In this document: one piece after another, positions 44,456-58,599 of the stretch
How positions within the stretch are numbered: position 1 is the first letter of the stretch
Layout: every line of letters starts with the position of its first letter
From: Eledone cirrhosa
Taxonomy: Eukaryota
Assembly: GCA_964016885.1 (NCBI GenBank)
Contig: OZ024759.1
Span: forward strand, 7,006,001 to 7,070,000
Length of the DNA stretch: 64,000 nucleotides
Reading direction: 5' to 3'
The notes under the pieces: model-generated
Database searches by the model: none
Told to the model about the DNA's origin: nothing
The model's input: only the letters and a program-made list of their open reading frames with translations
Program-made: the position numbers and the translations under genes

Positions 44456-45481
44456 CCATACTGCTATTAACTGTGCACTCTGAATGAGCTATTTGCATTA
44501 CTGCAATTTCGGCAGATTCAATGAGTGAGCTAGGCGTTGGCCGGGAACCATTGACATATCAGCAAGTCAGAAGCAGGGAAAAAGCGGACGTAAAATGAAA
44601 TGATATGATATATATATATATATCAATTTTTAAGGGGAAACCTTAAAAAAATTATATAAAATACAAATACAAACGAAGGACATAGTACTCCATAGCCATT
44701 GGCTGCTGAGGTGGACTTGGGCAGTTTCGACCCCTATCAGCTGCTGGCCGGGGTCATGGCATCTGATACAAGTCAAACGCTGTCCAGTGGCATAAGAGAC
44801 GAGACATTGATTTATAGCAATTAAGCTACAATATATATATATTGTTATACTTTGGTAGGGTCATGCTGCGAATAAAAACACATACCTGTTGGTTTTCACT
44901 TCAATTTATTATAAATTTCCGGGTGGTTGTTTGTATATTGTCACAGCTCTTTCGTCACACATCTGTGACCTCCTCATTGACTGATTTCTTATTTTGTGTT
45001 TCTCCTTTCTTCTGCTCTACACCTCAAACCATATATATTTTTCTATAAATAAGGTGATTTTCTACAATCCCTCTACAGGTAAATGGAAGCAATTATTCAG
45101 TCCCTTTCTTTGGCCCCAGCTAATACGACAAACGATTGTATGAAACCTACAATAACTTTGGATTTTTCTTTATAAGTCCTTCAACAATATTTAGGGTTTA
45201 TATTGTGAAAAATAAAGTTTAGGGTTCTTTATAAGGTCCATGGTGATATTTGGGGTTTGTAAAATAATCCTATTTTCCCCCACTAAAAGTTTCATCAATT
45301 TTAAAACCAATGGAAACATTGTTTCCTTGGTCCAATCTAACAATCAACTCCTTTTTGTTCTTTATTCTTCTTTTCAATAATCTTTCTTATTCAATTTTTT
45401 TTGTTTTTTTACATTAATTAAATCATTAATTAATTAATTAATTCTGCTTCTTTCTTTCTTCTCATTCAACCGGTTTTACAG

Positions 45482-45720
45482 TGAAAAATACTTGGTTACT
45501 AAGGACAACAGAATCGGCAGAAAATATAAAAAAGTTGTTTATGAAGAATTTACAGATGAACACTTTAACAAGAAAAAGCCGAAACCCGCTTGGCTGGGAA
45601 TCCTGGGACCAATTGTTAGAGCAGAGGTGGGTGATACTATCATCATTCATTTCAAAAACATGGCGTCACATGAATTCTCTGTCCATCCCCACGGTGTGAG
45701 ATATACAAAGGAAAACGAAG
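45482..45720 (+). CDS. Exon 2 of multicopper ferroxidase
   Basis: Pyrimidine tract plus TTTTACAG| acceptor, phase matches exon 1 (AG+T=Ser); RIGRKYKKVVYEEFTD..WLGILGPIVRAEVGDTIIIHFKNMASHEFSVHPHGV with the HxH copper ligands; donor AAG|GTTTGT, phase 1. Confidence 0.95.
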
Positions 45721-46418
45721 GTTTGTACTGCTATTTCTAATTTCGGATGCGTTTTCTATTTTCAATTTGTTCTAACGATTGACTCTTTATATTTTCTTTC
45801 CTTTATGTGTATATATATATATATTAGAGGTCAGATCTAGCTGTCGAAACGGCCGGAGCTCAGCTGTCGGGGTCCTATATATATATATATATATATATAT
45901 AGTAATAATAATAAATTTGAAGACTAAAATCCAAAGAGGGTCGATAAGGATAAATATATATCAAATATATAAGAACCGTAGAGCAAATATTTATTAAAAT
46001 AACAGATTAAAGTTTAAGCAAAGAATCGCTGCTTTCACTCTTAACGGGATCTTCTGAAACTAACAAAGTCAATCTGTAAACGCAGAAGTGAATATTTCAA
46101 AAAACGTTGCAACTGGAGGAAGACAGGAAGACGATACTTTGGTTCGTGGAAACGTTCCCTGGCAAAGAACGGGAAAAAACGAATATAATACGTCATTATT
46201 TGGAGCGGTGAAAAACAATTACACGCAAAGACAGAACCACGTTTATGGTATAAAGTCCAGAATTAGCCGTCGAAACGGCTTGAGCTCAGCCGTCGGGGTC
46301 CTACTCGTTCCTATTACCCACTCTACTACCCTAAGTATTGAGTACTTTGGTGCGTTATGGTCCACCTGGTTCCTTACCACATTTCCTTCGTTATATATAT
46401 GTATATATATATATGTAT

Positions 46419-46492
<74 letters not shown>

Positions 46493-46990
46493 ATATATCT
46501 TGCTCAACGAAACAACACATCACCCGGTCTGTGAGTTCAATTCTCAGACCGGGTGATGTTTTGTTTCCTTGAGCAAGACACTTTATTTCACATTGCTCCA
46601 GTTTACTCAGCTGTAGAAATGAGATGATAGGGACTAGGGTCCCTATTATTCCACTGCAAAGTGGTCGTGGAGGTGCCACAGCAAAAAAGCACCCAGCCCT
46701 CACTGTAAAGTGGACATGTAGGCGTCATGGAAACAAAAGCACCCACCACTCACTGTAAATGAGGTTGGTGTTAGGAAGGGCAGCATCCAGCTGTAGAAAT
46801 CAAGCCAGAATCAGTTCACGTATGAGCAAGACAAGGTCAGCCGACCGGACACTGCCCACAACAGGTCAACCCGTCTAACCCATGCTAGCGTGGAAGAACG
46901 GACGTAAAACGATGATGATGATGATGATGATATATATATATATATGTATATATGTATATATATGTATATATATATATGTATATATATATG

Positions 46991-47025
<35 letters not shown>

Positions 47026-47114
47026 GTATATATATATATATGTATATATATATGTATATATATGTATATATATATGTATATATATGTATATATATATGTA
47101 TATATATGTATATA

Positions 47115-47207
<93 letters not shown>

Positions 47208-47210
<3 letters not shown>

Positions 47211-48600
47211 GAAAAAAGATGAAATCGAAAATGCAACTGGAGTCTTTTTTTTTTTAATATATATATTTATTGGTTCCTTTACCGGTTTCGCAGTTCTTCT
47301 GCTTTTCAAAAGTAGAGTTGAGATGGAGGGTTTGCGGTTTTTCTCACATCTGGTTGGTCTTTGAATGTTACTTGTTTTATATGGAAAAAGTGACTCGAAA
47401 TGCTAGGTTTTTAGAGAAGTAATTTGATTGGTTGGTGAATAAGTATAATACATTTCGCGCCAGTTGGCGTTACAAAGTTCTTCAAACAAAGTGGGGTGCT
47501 GCTCAGTTTGTTTTTTCATATATGAGTGAAGTTTGGTTGGTTGATGCAGTCACGTGAATAAGCACATCAGCTTTCGCGCCAGTTTGTGTTTGAATTTCTT
47601 TTTACTTAAAAAAAAATGGCTCAGAAAGGCTTTTTTTTTTAAATGTAATTTGATTGGTTATAAATGAAATTATTACTGTCACGTGAACAAGTTCATTAAA
47701 TTTCGCGCCCGTATTTGGGAATTTATTTTGTAGCCATTTAGAGAATTTTGTGCCAAACAAAAGATAATGGTCAAGAAAAACGGGATGAGGAGAATTGTTC
47801 TGGTTCGGTGAATATGGCTGATTCGCTGGGTGTCAGAATTCAGACTTTCTATTGAAATAAAGAAAGTAGAGATGTGTATGTTTATTTGTGTGTGTGTGTG
47901 TGTGTAGGAAGATGATTCTATTAGTAGAAATGGGAGAGGGAGTTGTGTCTGTGTGTTTGTGTGTGTGGGAGTATGGTTAGCATGTTAAGATGGAGAGAAT
48001 ATATATATTTTGTGTGTGTGTGTGTGTAGGAAAATAATTCCGTTAATAGAAATGGGGTAGGGAGTTATGTGTGTATGGGGTGTGGTTAGCATGTTAAGGT
48101 GTTAGAGTATTAAAAAGCCTTCGTGAGCCACTTTTTTTAAGTAAAAAGAAATTCAAACACAAACTGGCGCGAAAGCTGATGTGCTTATTCACGTGACTGC
48201 ATCAACCAACCAAACTTCACTCATATATGAAAAAACAACCTGAGCACCCCCTTTGTTTGAAGACAAATATAAGAATTTTGAACGCAAAATTTATTATACT
48301 TATTCACCAACCAACCAAATTACTTCTATAAAAACCTGGTATTTTGAGCCACTTTTTTCCATATAAAACAAGTAACATTCAAAGACCAACCAGATGTGAG
48401 AAAAACCACAGACCCTCCATCTCAACTCTACTTTTGAAAAGCAGAAAAACTGCGAAACCGGTATAGAAACCAAATAAATATATATTTAAAAAAAAAAGAC
48501 TCCAGTTGCATTTTCGAATTCATCTTTTTTCCTTATACTTTCACTCGTGTAGGACACCTCGGTTATTTTTCATTTTGTTAAAAAAAAACCTCACTTTCTA
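47208..48600. mobile_element. Inverted pair of a hammerhead-bearing PLE-like repeat (another copy at about 40140-40940, +)
   Basis: 47208-47620 is the reverse complement of 48115-48600; the outer ends run into (TA)n. Confidence 0.75.
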
Positions 48601-49082
48601 ATATATATATATATATAAATGAGCAGAACAAGTAAACATTAAACAAACTTTTAAATGAATTAAAATATGATTTAAATATTCACCTGGATGAAAGTATAAA
48701 AAAAAAAGAAATTCAAAATACAAATTGAGTCTTTTAAGAATATTTATTTATTTACTTTACCGGTTTCACAGTTCTTATGATTTTCAAAAGTAAAATTGAG
48801 ATGGAGGTTTGTGATTGCGCTTTGTGTTGCGTGAACCTTGCTCCAGTTCACTCAGCTGTAGAGATGAGTTGCAATGTCACTGGTGCCATGTTATATCGGC
48901 CATTTCGTTTATGTTTGACAACATCGGTGACGTGGAGAGGGGAGACTGGTATACATGGGAGACTGCTAATCTTCCACAAACAACGTTGTCTTGACTTGTG
49001 CATCGGAGAGGAACGTTCTAGGTGTAAATCGTATGGTCACTCGTGACCAAATAGGGACTTTACTTTTACCTATATATATATA

Positions 49083-52000
49083 AGACTTTGGGAATAAACC
49101 CTGAGGATTAATCCAGACCCAGAGTCCCTACGGCAACCTTGTTCTTGCAACACCTGCCATGCCACCAGTGCCAAATTGTACTGGCCTCTGTCCTTCCCTG
49201 GTGGTGCCACATGAGCAACTGCTGATCTCCCATAAATCAATGCGCAGTCCCTCCAACGTCGCCTCACATTGGCGGCAAAACACAGAAAGCATCAATCTAC
49301 CAGTTATAAGTCTGCACATGATTGGCGTCTGAGCAAGGTATCAAGGGCTGCTTTCGATGCAGGGAGAGGCCATTGTGCTTCACTAGACAGCTACCACCTG
49401 CCTAAAGCTGGGCAGCCCCCAACCAGTTAGGTGCTGTCCCGTCACAGCCCAAGTACTCCAGTGGGTGTGTGGGGCCTAATATACTGAACCTTGGGCTGTA
49501 AACACTGCAATAAGAAAATCAATGAACAAACAATGTAAGAAACTGGTAGTGAGACTTGGATGTTGGAATATAAGGACCCTGACTACTGGTCAACACACTG
49601 ACCCTGACTCCTGGTCAACACACTGACCCTGACTCCTGGTCAACACGCTGACCCTGACTCCTGGTCAACACGCTGACCCTGACTACTGGTCAACACACTG
49701 ACCCTGACTACTGGTCAACACACTGACCCTGACTCCTGGTCAACACGCTGACCCTGACTCCTGGTCAACACACTGACCCTGACTCCTGGTCAACACACTG
49801 ACCCTGACTACTGGTCAACACACTGACCCTGACTCCTGGTCAACACACTGACCCTGACTACTGGTCAACACACTGACCCTGACTACTAGTCAACACACTG
49901 ACCCTGACTACTGGTCAACACACTGACCCTGACTCCTGGTCAACACACTGACCCTGACTACTGGTCAACACACTGACCCTGACTACTAGTCAACACACTG
50001 ACCCTGACTACTGGTCAACACACTGACCCTGACTCCTGGTCAACACACTGACCCTGACTCCTGGTCAACACACTGACCCTGACTCCTGGTCAACACGCTG
50101 ACCCTGACTACTGGTCAACACACTGACCCTGACTACTGGTCAACACACTGACCCTGACTACTAGTCAACACACTGACCCTGACTACTGGTCAACACACTG
50201 ACCCTGACTCCTGGTCAACACGCTGACCCTGACTCCTGGTCAACACGCTGACCCTGACTACTGGTCAACACACTGACCCTGACTCCTGGTCAACACGCTG
50301 ACCCTGACTCCTGGTCAACACGCTGACCCTGACTCCTGGTCAACACGCTGACCCTGACTCCTGGTCAACACGCTGACCCTGACTACTGGTCAACACGCTG
50401 ACCCTGACTCCTGGTCAACACACTGACCCTGACTCCTGGTCAACACGCTGACCCTGACTCCTGGTCAACACGCTGACCCTGACTCCTGGTCAACACGCTG
50501 ACCCTGACTCCTGGTCAACACACTGACCCTGACTCCTGGTCAACACGCTGACCCTGACTCCTGGTCAACACACTGACCCTGACTCCTGGTCAACACGCTG
50601 ACCCTGACTCCTGGTCAACACGCTGACCCTGACTCCTGGTCAACACGCTGACCCTGACTACTGGTCAACACACTGACCCTGACTACTGGTCAACACACTG
50701 ACCCTGACTACTAGTCAACACACTGACCCTGACTACTGGTCGACACACTGACCCTGACTACTGGTCAACACACTGACCCTGACTACTAGTCAACACACTG
50801 ACCCTGACTACTGGTCAACACACTGACCCTGACTACTGGTCAACACACTGACCCTGACTACTGGTCAACACACTGACACTGACTACTGGTCGACACACTG
50901 ACCCTGACTACTGGTCAACACACTGACCCTGACTACTGGTCGACACACTGACCCTGACTACTGGTCGACACACTGACCCTGACTACTGGTCAACACACTG
51001 ACCCTGACTCCTGGTCAACACACTGACCCTGACTCCTGGTCAACACGCTGACCCTGACTCCTGGTCAACACACTGACCCTGACTACTGGTCAACACACTG
51101 ACCCTGACTCCTGGTCAACACGCTGACCCTGACTCCTGGTCAACACGCTGACCCTGACTCCTGGTCAACACACTGACCCTGACTCCTGGTCAACACACTG
51201 ACCCTGACTCCTGGTCAACACGCTGACCCTGACTCCTGGTCAACACGCTGACCCTGACTACTGGTCAACACACTGACCCTGACTACTGGTCAACACACTG
51301 ACCCTGACTACTAGTCTGTCAGAGGATCAGCAACACCTGCAAAACAGCAGACATCAACAATGAACTGCTATGACTTTGAGGGGACATTGCAGTGCTGCAG
51401 GAGACATGGCTCCCAGATCTGGGGGCCCTTCGTGTGATAGAGGAACGGCATAGATGAAGCCAGAGAGCATGGTGTCGGATTACCGTTAGAAACTCACTGT
51501 TGAGTATGGTAGGACTTGGTAGTGACGGGATCCTCTCACTCTAAGTGCACACTTCGGATGGGTCTGTCAGCCTTGTCCGTGCTTATGCCCTAACCCTCTA
51601 TTCCACACAAGATGACAAGGATATGTTTTACCATCAGCCCTCCAGAAAAATACAGGTGATCCCAATTGGTGAACAGCTGGTGCTGCTTGGCGACTTCAAT
51701 GCCAGAGTGGGAGCTGACCACAACTCCTGGACAGGGTGTCTGGGACGTGAATGACAATGAACAAAGACTGCTTGAGCTCTGTATGTTCCATGAACTATGT
51801 GTCACCGACACCTACTTTCAGGCCAAATCTCAGCACAAATTTTCTTGGTGTCATCCTCACTCAGGGCCCTGGCACCAGTTAGATCTGATCCTCAGAAGAC
51901 ACAACCACCTGATAATGTACTCCTGACTCGATCCTTTCACTGCTGACTGTGACACAGATCACTCCCTCGTTTGCTGCAATCACAAAACTCTAATTAAAAA

Positions 52001-54287
52001 AATGATGCACTATGCCAAGCCTCCGGGCAGGCAGCATATCAACACTACTGCGACCCAGCAGTCAGCCAAAGTAGCTGCATTCCACAAGTCAGTGGAAGAT
52101 GCCCTCATTGTAGACCCACCAGAAGATGATGGTCAGCAAAGATGGGATTCTTTCAGGGACATCATACATGACACTGCGTTGAAGACCTTCGGGAAGAAGC
52201 AAACAATGACATATGACTAGTTTGAAGCGAGTGTGGATGAGCTCAATGTGACCATGGAGGAGAAGCGCGCTGTCCTGTTGAAGCACAAGCACCAACCCAC
52301 CAGGGCAACGCTATGAGCATTGTGCAAATGACTACTGGTTACAGCTATGCGAAGGCACCCAGCTGTCATTCGAAACAGGTAATATTTGAGGAATGTATGA
52401 GGGCATCAAGAAAGCCATCGGTCCTGCCCAGAGCAACACAGCTCCACTCAAATCCAGAACATGTGAGGTCATCAAAGGCAAAAGAGAGCAGTTGGAAAGA
52501 TGAGTAGATTATTACTCCAAACACTACGACAGGGAAAACAGTATCTCTAACAACACACTAGACACCGTGGAATACCTACCTGTCATGGAGGAGTTATATG
52601 TATTGCCGACTGCTGGAGAACTGTGCAGAGCTATTGATGGCTTACCTGCTGGGAAGGCACCAGGATCAGACGGCATCCCCCAGAGGTGATCAGGTGTGCA
52701 AAGGAAGAGCTACTTAGTCACTTGTTGAAACTACTGTGTCAGTGCTGGGAAGAGGGAACAATCCTGCAAGACATGAGAGACTGCAACATTGTCACCATCT
52801 ATAAGAAAAAAGGGGACAGAATGTTACTGTAAGTGTTGTTGAGAAGGTCTTCGCCCACGTGGTCTTGAACAGACTACAAAAAATCGCTGAAAATCTCAGT
52901 GTGGTTTCAAGATCAGAACACTCCACTGTCAACATATCTTCTCCCTTCGATAGCTACAGGAGAAGTGCTGAGAGCAAAGGCAACCACTCTACATCACCGT
53001 CATCGACCTCATTCTAAGGCATTCGATCTAGGTTGTAGAGACAGACTGTTCAATAATCTTGCCAAGATTGGTTGTCCTGCAATATTTCTTAGGACAGTCC
53101 AGTTGTTTCGTGTAGATATGAATGGTGTCGTTCAATTTGAGGGCTCTTCTTCGGAGGCATTTAAGATATGCTGTGCTGTGAAGCAGGGCTGCATGCTAGC
53201 CCCTACTCTGTTGGCATCTTTTTCATGGTCATGCTAAACATTCATTTGGAGAGTCAACTGAGGATGTCTACCTCCACACTAGATGGGAAGATGTTTAGTC
53301 TGTCAAGGCTGAAAGAGAAATCCAAGGTTCACCATCAGAGAAATGCTGATTGTGGATGACGCTGCACTGGCAGCGTACCCTGAGAAGCAAATGCAACACC
53401 TCATGAACAAACTCTCGAGGGCCTTTCAGCAATGACCATTAGTCTGAAGAAAACCAATGTACTGGGCCAAAGTGTCAAGCACTCCCCTACCATCACTGTC
53501 AACAACTACGAGCTGGAGGTGGTCCACAAATTCATATACCTTGGCCCCCACCATCACTGACACCCTCTCCCTGAGATCAGCAGGAGAGTTGGACGAGCAA
53601 CCTCCACATTTGCCAGGTTGATGAAGAGAGTCTGGGAGAACAGAAAACTAACCACATACATCAAGATTGATGTCTACAAGGTGTGTATCGTCAGCACACT
53701 ACTTCACAGCAGCGACACATGGAACCTCTACCCAGTCAGGAGTGAGTGGCGTCTCAATGTCTTCTACCTTCGTTGCCCGAGACGCATTTTGCTTATCAAG
53801 TGGACCGACTGGGTCACCAACACTGAAGTCCTTAACCGCACCAAGATACCTAGCATATACACTCTGCTTAAACTGCGTCCTCTACGCTGGCTTCGTCACA
53901 TATATCGTATGCCAGACGGGAGGGTCCCAAAAGACCTACTCTATGGAGAACTGGTACAAGAGCACAAGGACAACCTTGTTTTCATTTCAAAGACGTCTGC
54001 AGGGGGGGATATGAAGTCATTAGACTTGGACACCCAGAGAGGGGAGGAAGTCGCTAATGATCGACCACGATGGATGACTTGAGAGGAGGAGAAATTGAAA
54101 TTTCCCTCTGAGAAAAAGTGAGCTTGAAAGAATAACAAGACATTGGCACAGGAGGAGAGTATCTTCCAATGCCATTGCTGTAGATAGGACTGCTGCTCCT
54201 GTGAGGCCCTGTACAGCAGACACTGCACCACCATCAGCAGCTGACACAAAATTCTTCAGGTGCAGATCCATGGCCTTTCGAGACTGA
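49083..54287 (+). mobile_element. Nearly full-length decayed RTE LINE in intron 2, interrupted by a 25-bp minisatellite
   Basis: LGCWNIRTL, LGDFNARVG, WHQLDL, VKQGCMLAPTL, LRWLRHI.RMPDGRVPKDLLYGEL; many stops and frameshifts. Confidence 0.9.
49575..51316. repeat. 25-bp minisatellite (GACCCTGACTMCTGGTCAACACRCT), about 69 copies
   Basis: Direct reading. Confidence 0.95.
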
Positions 54288-54322
54288 TGAGTCCTTATTA
54301 ATGGGACGAAACATTGTTGGCT
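54284..54322 (+). ncRNA. Hammerhead core lacking its 5' stem I strand
   Basis: CUGAUGA GUCCU..GGGAC GAAAC AUU GUU GGCU then AATAAA; the upstream bases belong to an RTE 3' end. Confidence 0.6.
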
Positions 54323-54469
54323 AATAAAGACTTTTGATGTATTGAAAGCCTCTTTGTTTATTTTTTATAATTTTTCGGCTCTCTTATATTACATTGAGCT
54401 ATATCTTATACTGTCATTTCTATAATACGACGAGTGTGTTTAACTCCAACGCACTCTAGTATTTTAATT

Positions 54470-54536
<67 letters not shown>

Positions 54537-54939
54537 GTGTGTGTGTCGAAAGAGAGAGAGAGAGAGAGAGAGAGGGGGAGAGAGAGAAATGGCTTCTACA
54601 GGACTAGAAGTGTTTCATTTGAAGGAAATCATCGGGGCTTTCCTAATGATTTCCTTCGAATGAAACAGTTCTAGTCCTGTAGAAGCCATTTCTATATTAA
54701 ATATTATATACACTCTATGTATTGAGTACCTTACTTACGGTGGTTACCTCTGATTGAACCCGGGATACATACATGTGTGTGTGAGTGTATGTCTCTGTGC
54801 ATGTGTGTGTATGTATGTGTGTATTGCTGCCAGGTGTTGCGACTGGCAGAAAATAAGTGACAGAAAGGCCAATGGGAACACCGTTTCCCTGGTCCAGTTA
54901 TTACCATTTCCTTATTAATTATTCATAAATTATTTGCAG

Positions 54940-55149
54940 GTGCATTATACCAGGATAATACCTTTGGCGCTTTGAGGAAGGACGAGCATGTCAAACCGGG
55001 AGAGACCTACAAATATACATGGAATATCACTAATGAATTTGCCCCTCAGGGAGATGCAGCATGCATCTCCTGGGTTTACCATTCCCATATTAACACACCT
55101 ATGGACACCAACTCGGGACTTATAGGTCCAATTATTACCTGTAAAAGAG
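54940..55149 (+). CDS. Exon 3 of multicopper ferroxidase
   Basis: TTTGCAG| acceptor; GALYQD..VKPGETYKYTW..CISWVYHSHINTPMDTNSGLIGPIITCKRG with the second HxH motif; donor GAG|GTGAGT; phase 1-1. Confidence 0.95.
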
Positions 55150-55175
55150 GTGAGTCTTTCAAAGTCGACATTGGG

Positions 55176-56120
55176 GTATTTAGCATCTTAGACTAGCTCT
55201 ACAATGTGTACCTGTGTATTTAGCACCCTAGACTAGCTCTACAATGTGTACCTGTGTATTTAGCACCCTAGACTAGCTCTACAATGTGTACCTGGGTATT
55301 TAACACCCTAGACTAGCTCTACAATGTGTACCTGTGTATTTAGCACCCTAGACTAGCTCTACAATGTGTACCTGGGTATTTAACACCCTAGAATAGCTCT
55401 ACAATGTGTACCTGGGTATTTAACACCCTAGACTAGCTCTACAATGTGTACCTGGGTATTTAGCACACTAGACTAGCTCTACAATGTGTACTGGGGTATT
55501 TAACACCCTAGAATAGCTCTACAATGTGTACTGGGTATTTAGCACCCTAGACTAGCTCTACGATGTGTACTGGGGTATTTAACACCCTAGAATAGCTCTA
55601 CGATGTGTACCTGGGTATTTGGCACACTAGACTAGCTCTACAATGTGTACCTGGGTATTTAGCACCCTAGACTAGCTCTACAATGTGTACCTGGATATTT
55701 AGCACCCTAGACTAGCTCTACAATGTGTACCTGGGTATTTAGCACCCTAGACTAGCTCTACAATGTGTACCTGGATATTTAGCACCCTAGACTAGCTCTA
55801 CGATGTGTACCTGGGTATTTAGCACCCTAGACTAGCTCTACAATGTGTACTGGGTATTTAGCACACTAGACTAGCTCTACAATGTGTACCTGGATATTTA
55901 GCACACTAGACTAGCTCTACAATGTGTACCTGGGTATTTAGCACCCTAGACTAGCTCTACAATGTGTACCTGGATATTTAGCACCCTAGACTAGCTCTAC
56001 AATGTGTACCTGGATATTTAGCACCCTAGACTAGCTCTACAATGTGTACCTGGATATTTAGCACACTAGACTAGCTCTACAATGTGTACCTGGGTATTTA
56101 GCACCCTAGACTAGCTCTAC
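55176..56120. repeat. 40-bp minisatellite, about 23 copies
   Basis: Unit GTATTTAGCACCCTAGACTAGCTCTACAATGTGTACCTGG; starts 26 bp after the exon 3 donor. Confidence 0.95.
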
Positions 56121-56409
56121 TTCTTCAAATTTCCCTTCTAGGTGGAAAGGGAAGTGCTGCCTTCTCAACTATTTGTTGAAAGGTGGGTGATAGAGGTGAG
56201 CATGGCCAGAGTGAATGGGTCCACTCTGAGCGTAACCCTGTAGATTGGAGGAGTACAACTGGGACAGGGTACTTACCCTAAAGATCAGGGTACCTGTGGT
56301 TTTATGGGGGTTTTTCCATGAATGCCCCTCAAACATCTCCCTATTGAGGAACCTTGTTTTAATTTTATTATCTTTTTTTTAACATTGTTAAAATTTGTTT
56401 ACATGCAAA

Positions 56410-57808
56410 ACCCACACACTAACACACCAATACACACACTAACACACACACCAACACACACACACCACCACACACACACCACCACACACACACCAACACA
56501 CACACACACCACCACACACAAACCAACACACACACCAACACACACACACCACCACACACACTAACACACACACCAACACACACACCAACACACACACTAA
56601 CACACACACCAACACACACACCAACACACACACCAACACACACACCAACACACACACTAACACACACACTAACACACACACCAACACACACACCAACACA
56701 CACACACCAACACACACACTAACACACACACTAACACACACACCAACACACACACCAACACACACACACCACCACACACACACTAACACACACACACCAA
56801 CACACACACCAACACACACACCAACACACACACTAACACACACACACAACAACACACACACACCAACACACACACCAACACACACACACCAACACACACA
56901 CACACTAACACACCAACACACACACTAACACACACACCAACATATACACACTAACACACACACTAACACACTCAGCAACACACACACTAACACACACACT
57001 AACATACACACACACACACATATACCAACACACACACCAACATACACACCAACACACACACCAACACACATACACAAACACACACACCAACACACATACA
57101 CAAACACACACACACACATACACCAACACACACACCAACACACACACCAACACACATACACAAACACACACACACACATACACCAACACACACACCAACA
57201 CACACACTAATACATAGACACCAACACACCCACACCAACACACATACCCACACACACACACCACACACCAACACACTCATACACCAACACACACACTAAC
57301 ACACACACCAACACACACACCAACACACACACCAACACACACACCTACAGACACACACCAACAAACACACACACTCCAACACACACCAACACACACACCA
57401 ACACAGACCAACACACACACACTAACACACACACCAACACACACACACTAACACACACACACACCAACACACCAACACACACACCTACAGACACACACCA
57501 ACAAACACACACACTCCAACACACACCAACACACACACACCAACACACACACCTACAGACACACACCAACAAACACACACACTCCAACACACACCAACAC
57601 ACACACACCAACACACACCAACACACACACACACCAACACACACCAACACACACACACCAACACACACCAACACACACACACACCAACACACACCAACAC
57701 ACACACACACCAACACACACCAACTCGCACACACCAACACACACACACCAACACACACACCAACACACACCAACACACATATACCAACACACACCAACAC
57801 ACACACTC
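56410..57808. repeat. Compound CA-rich microsatellite (CYAACACACA..)
   Basis: Direct reading. Confidence 0.9.
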
Positions 57809-57931
57809 TATGTTGTCGTCCTGTACTGTCATAATGTTTTTCTTGGTGTAAACCCTTTGTGGTTAATAAAGAAACCATTATTATTATTAACACACTAGCA
57901 GAAAAACCATCCCCGGGTGTTTTTCTGCTAG

Positions 57932-58146
57932 CATGTGTAGTGTGTATATTGATATTATACGCAGGTATATATACATGTAGATATGATACATGTGTAGTGT
58001 GTATATTATACACAGGTATATATATACATGTAGATATGATACATGTGTAGTGTGTATATTATACACAGGTATATATACATGTAGATATGATACATGTGTA
58101 GTGTGTATAATATACGCAGGTATATATACATGTAGATATGATACAT
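57932..58146. repeat. About 51-bp tandem repeat, ~4 copies
   Basis: CATGTGTAGTGTGTATATTATACRCAGGTATATATACATGTAGATATGATA. Confidence 0.85.
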
Positions 58147-58599
58147 CACATAACATCGTAATTGACAATATACACAGAAATTGAACGAAGACTGTGTTAC
58201 ACTGTCTTATGTAATCAGTAACGTAATCCATGATACATTAAATAAGACGATATTATATATAAACTGCATTAGGAGAAAATTAGTGACGGAAATATATGAA
58301 TATTTATTTAAGCGATCGCTAACCGGAAGTGTTGACATTTGAAAATTTTAAAGAAGTGAATCTTAAAATAAGCAACAAAATTATTTGTATTTAATCAAGA
58401 ATAACGAAATTTAGTAGATAAATTATGTAATATTCATTCATTATTTATTCAAATAAAATAAAGTACCAGTAATGTACTGGGTAATTGATGGCCTTGTGCC
58501 AAAAGTAGAAACAATTATTTATTCAAAGTAATCCAACTTATTTTACTAATGGGATAAAAAAAATATATTCTGGAAGCAGTCCCGCACTCCTTACTTTAT

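Noticed and set aside
54585-54695. Hammerheads in a short fold-back
   Set aside because: Both cores are mutated (CCGATGA, CTAATGA) and stem I is missing; used only as weak orientation evidence
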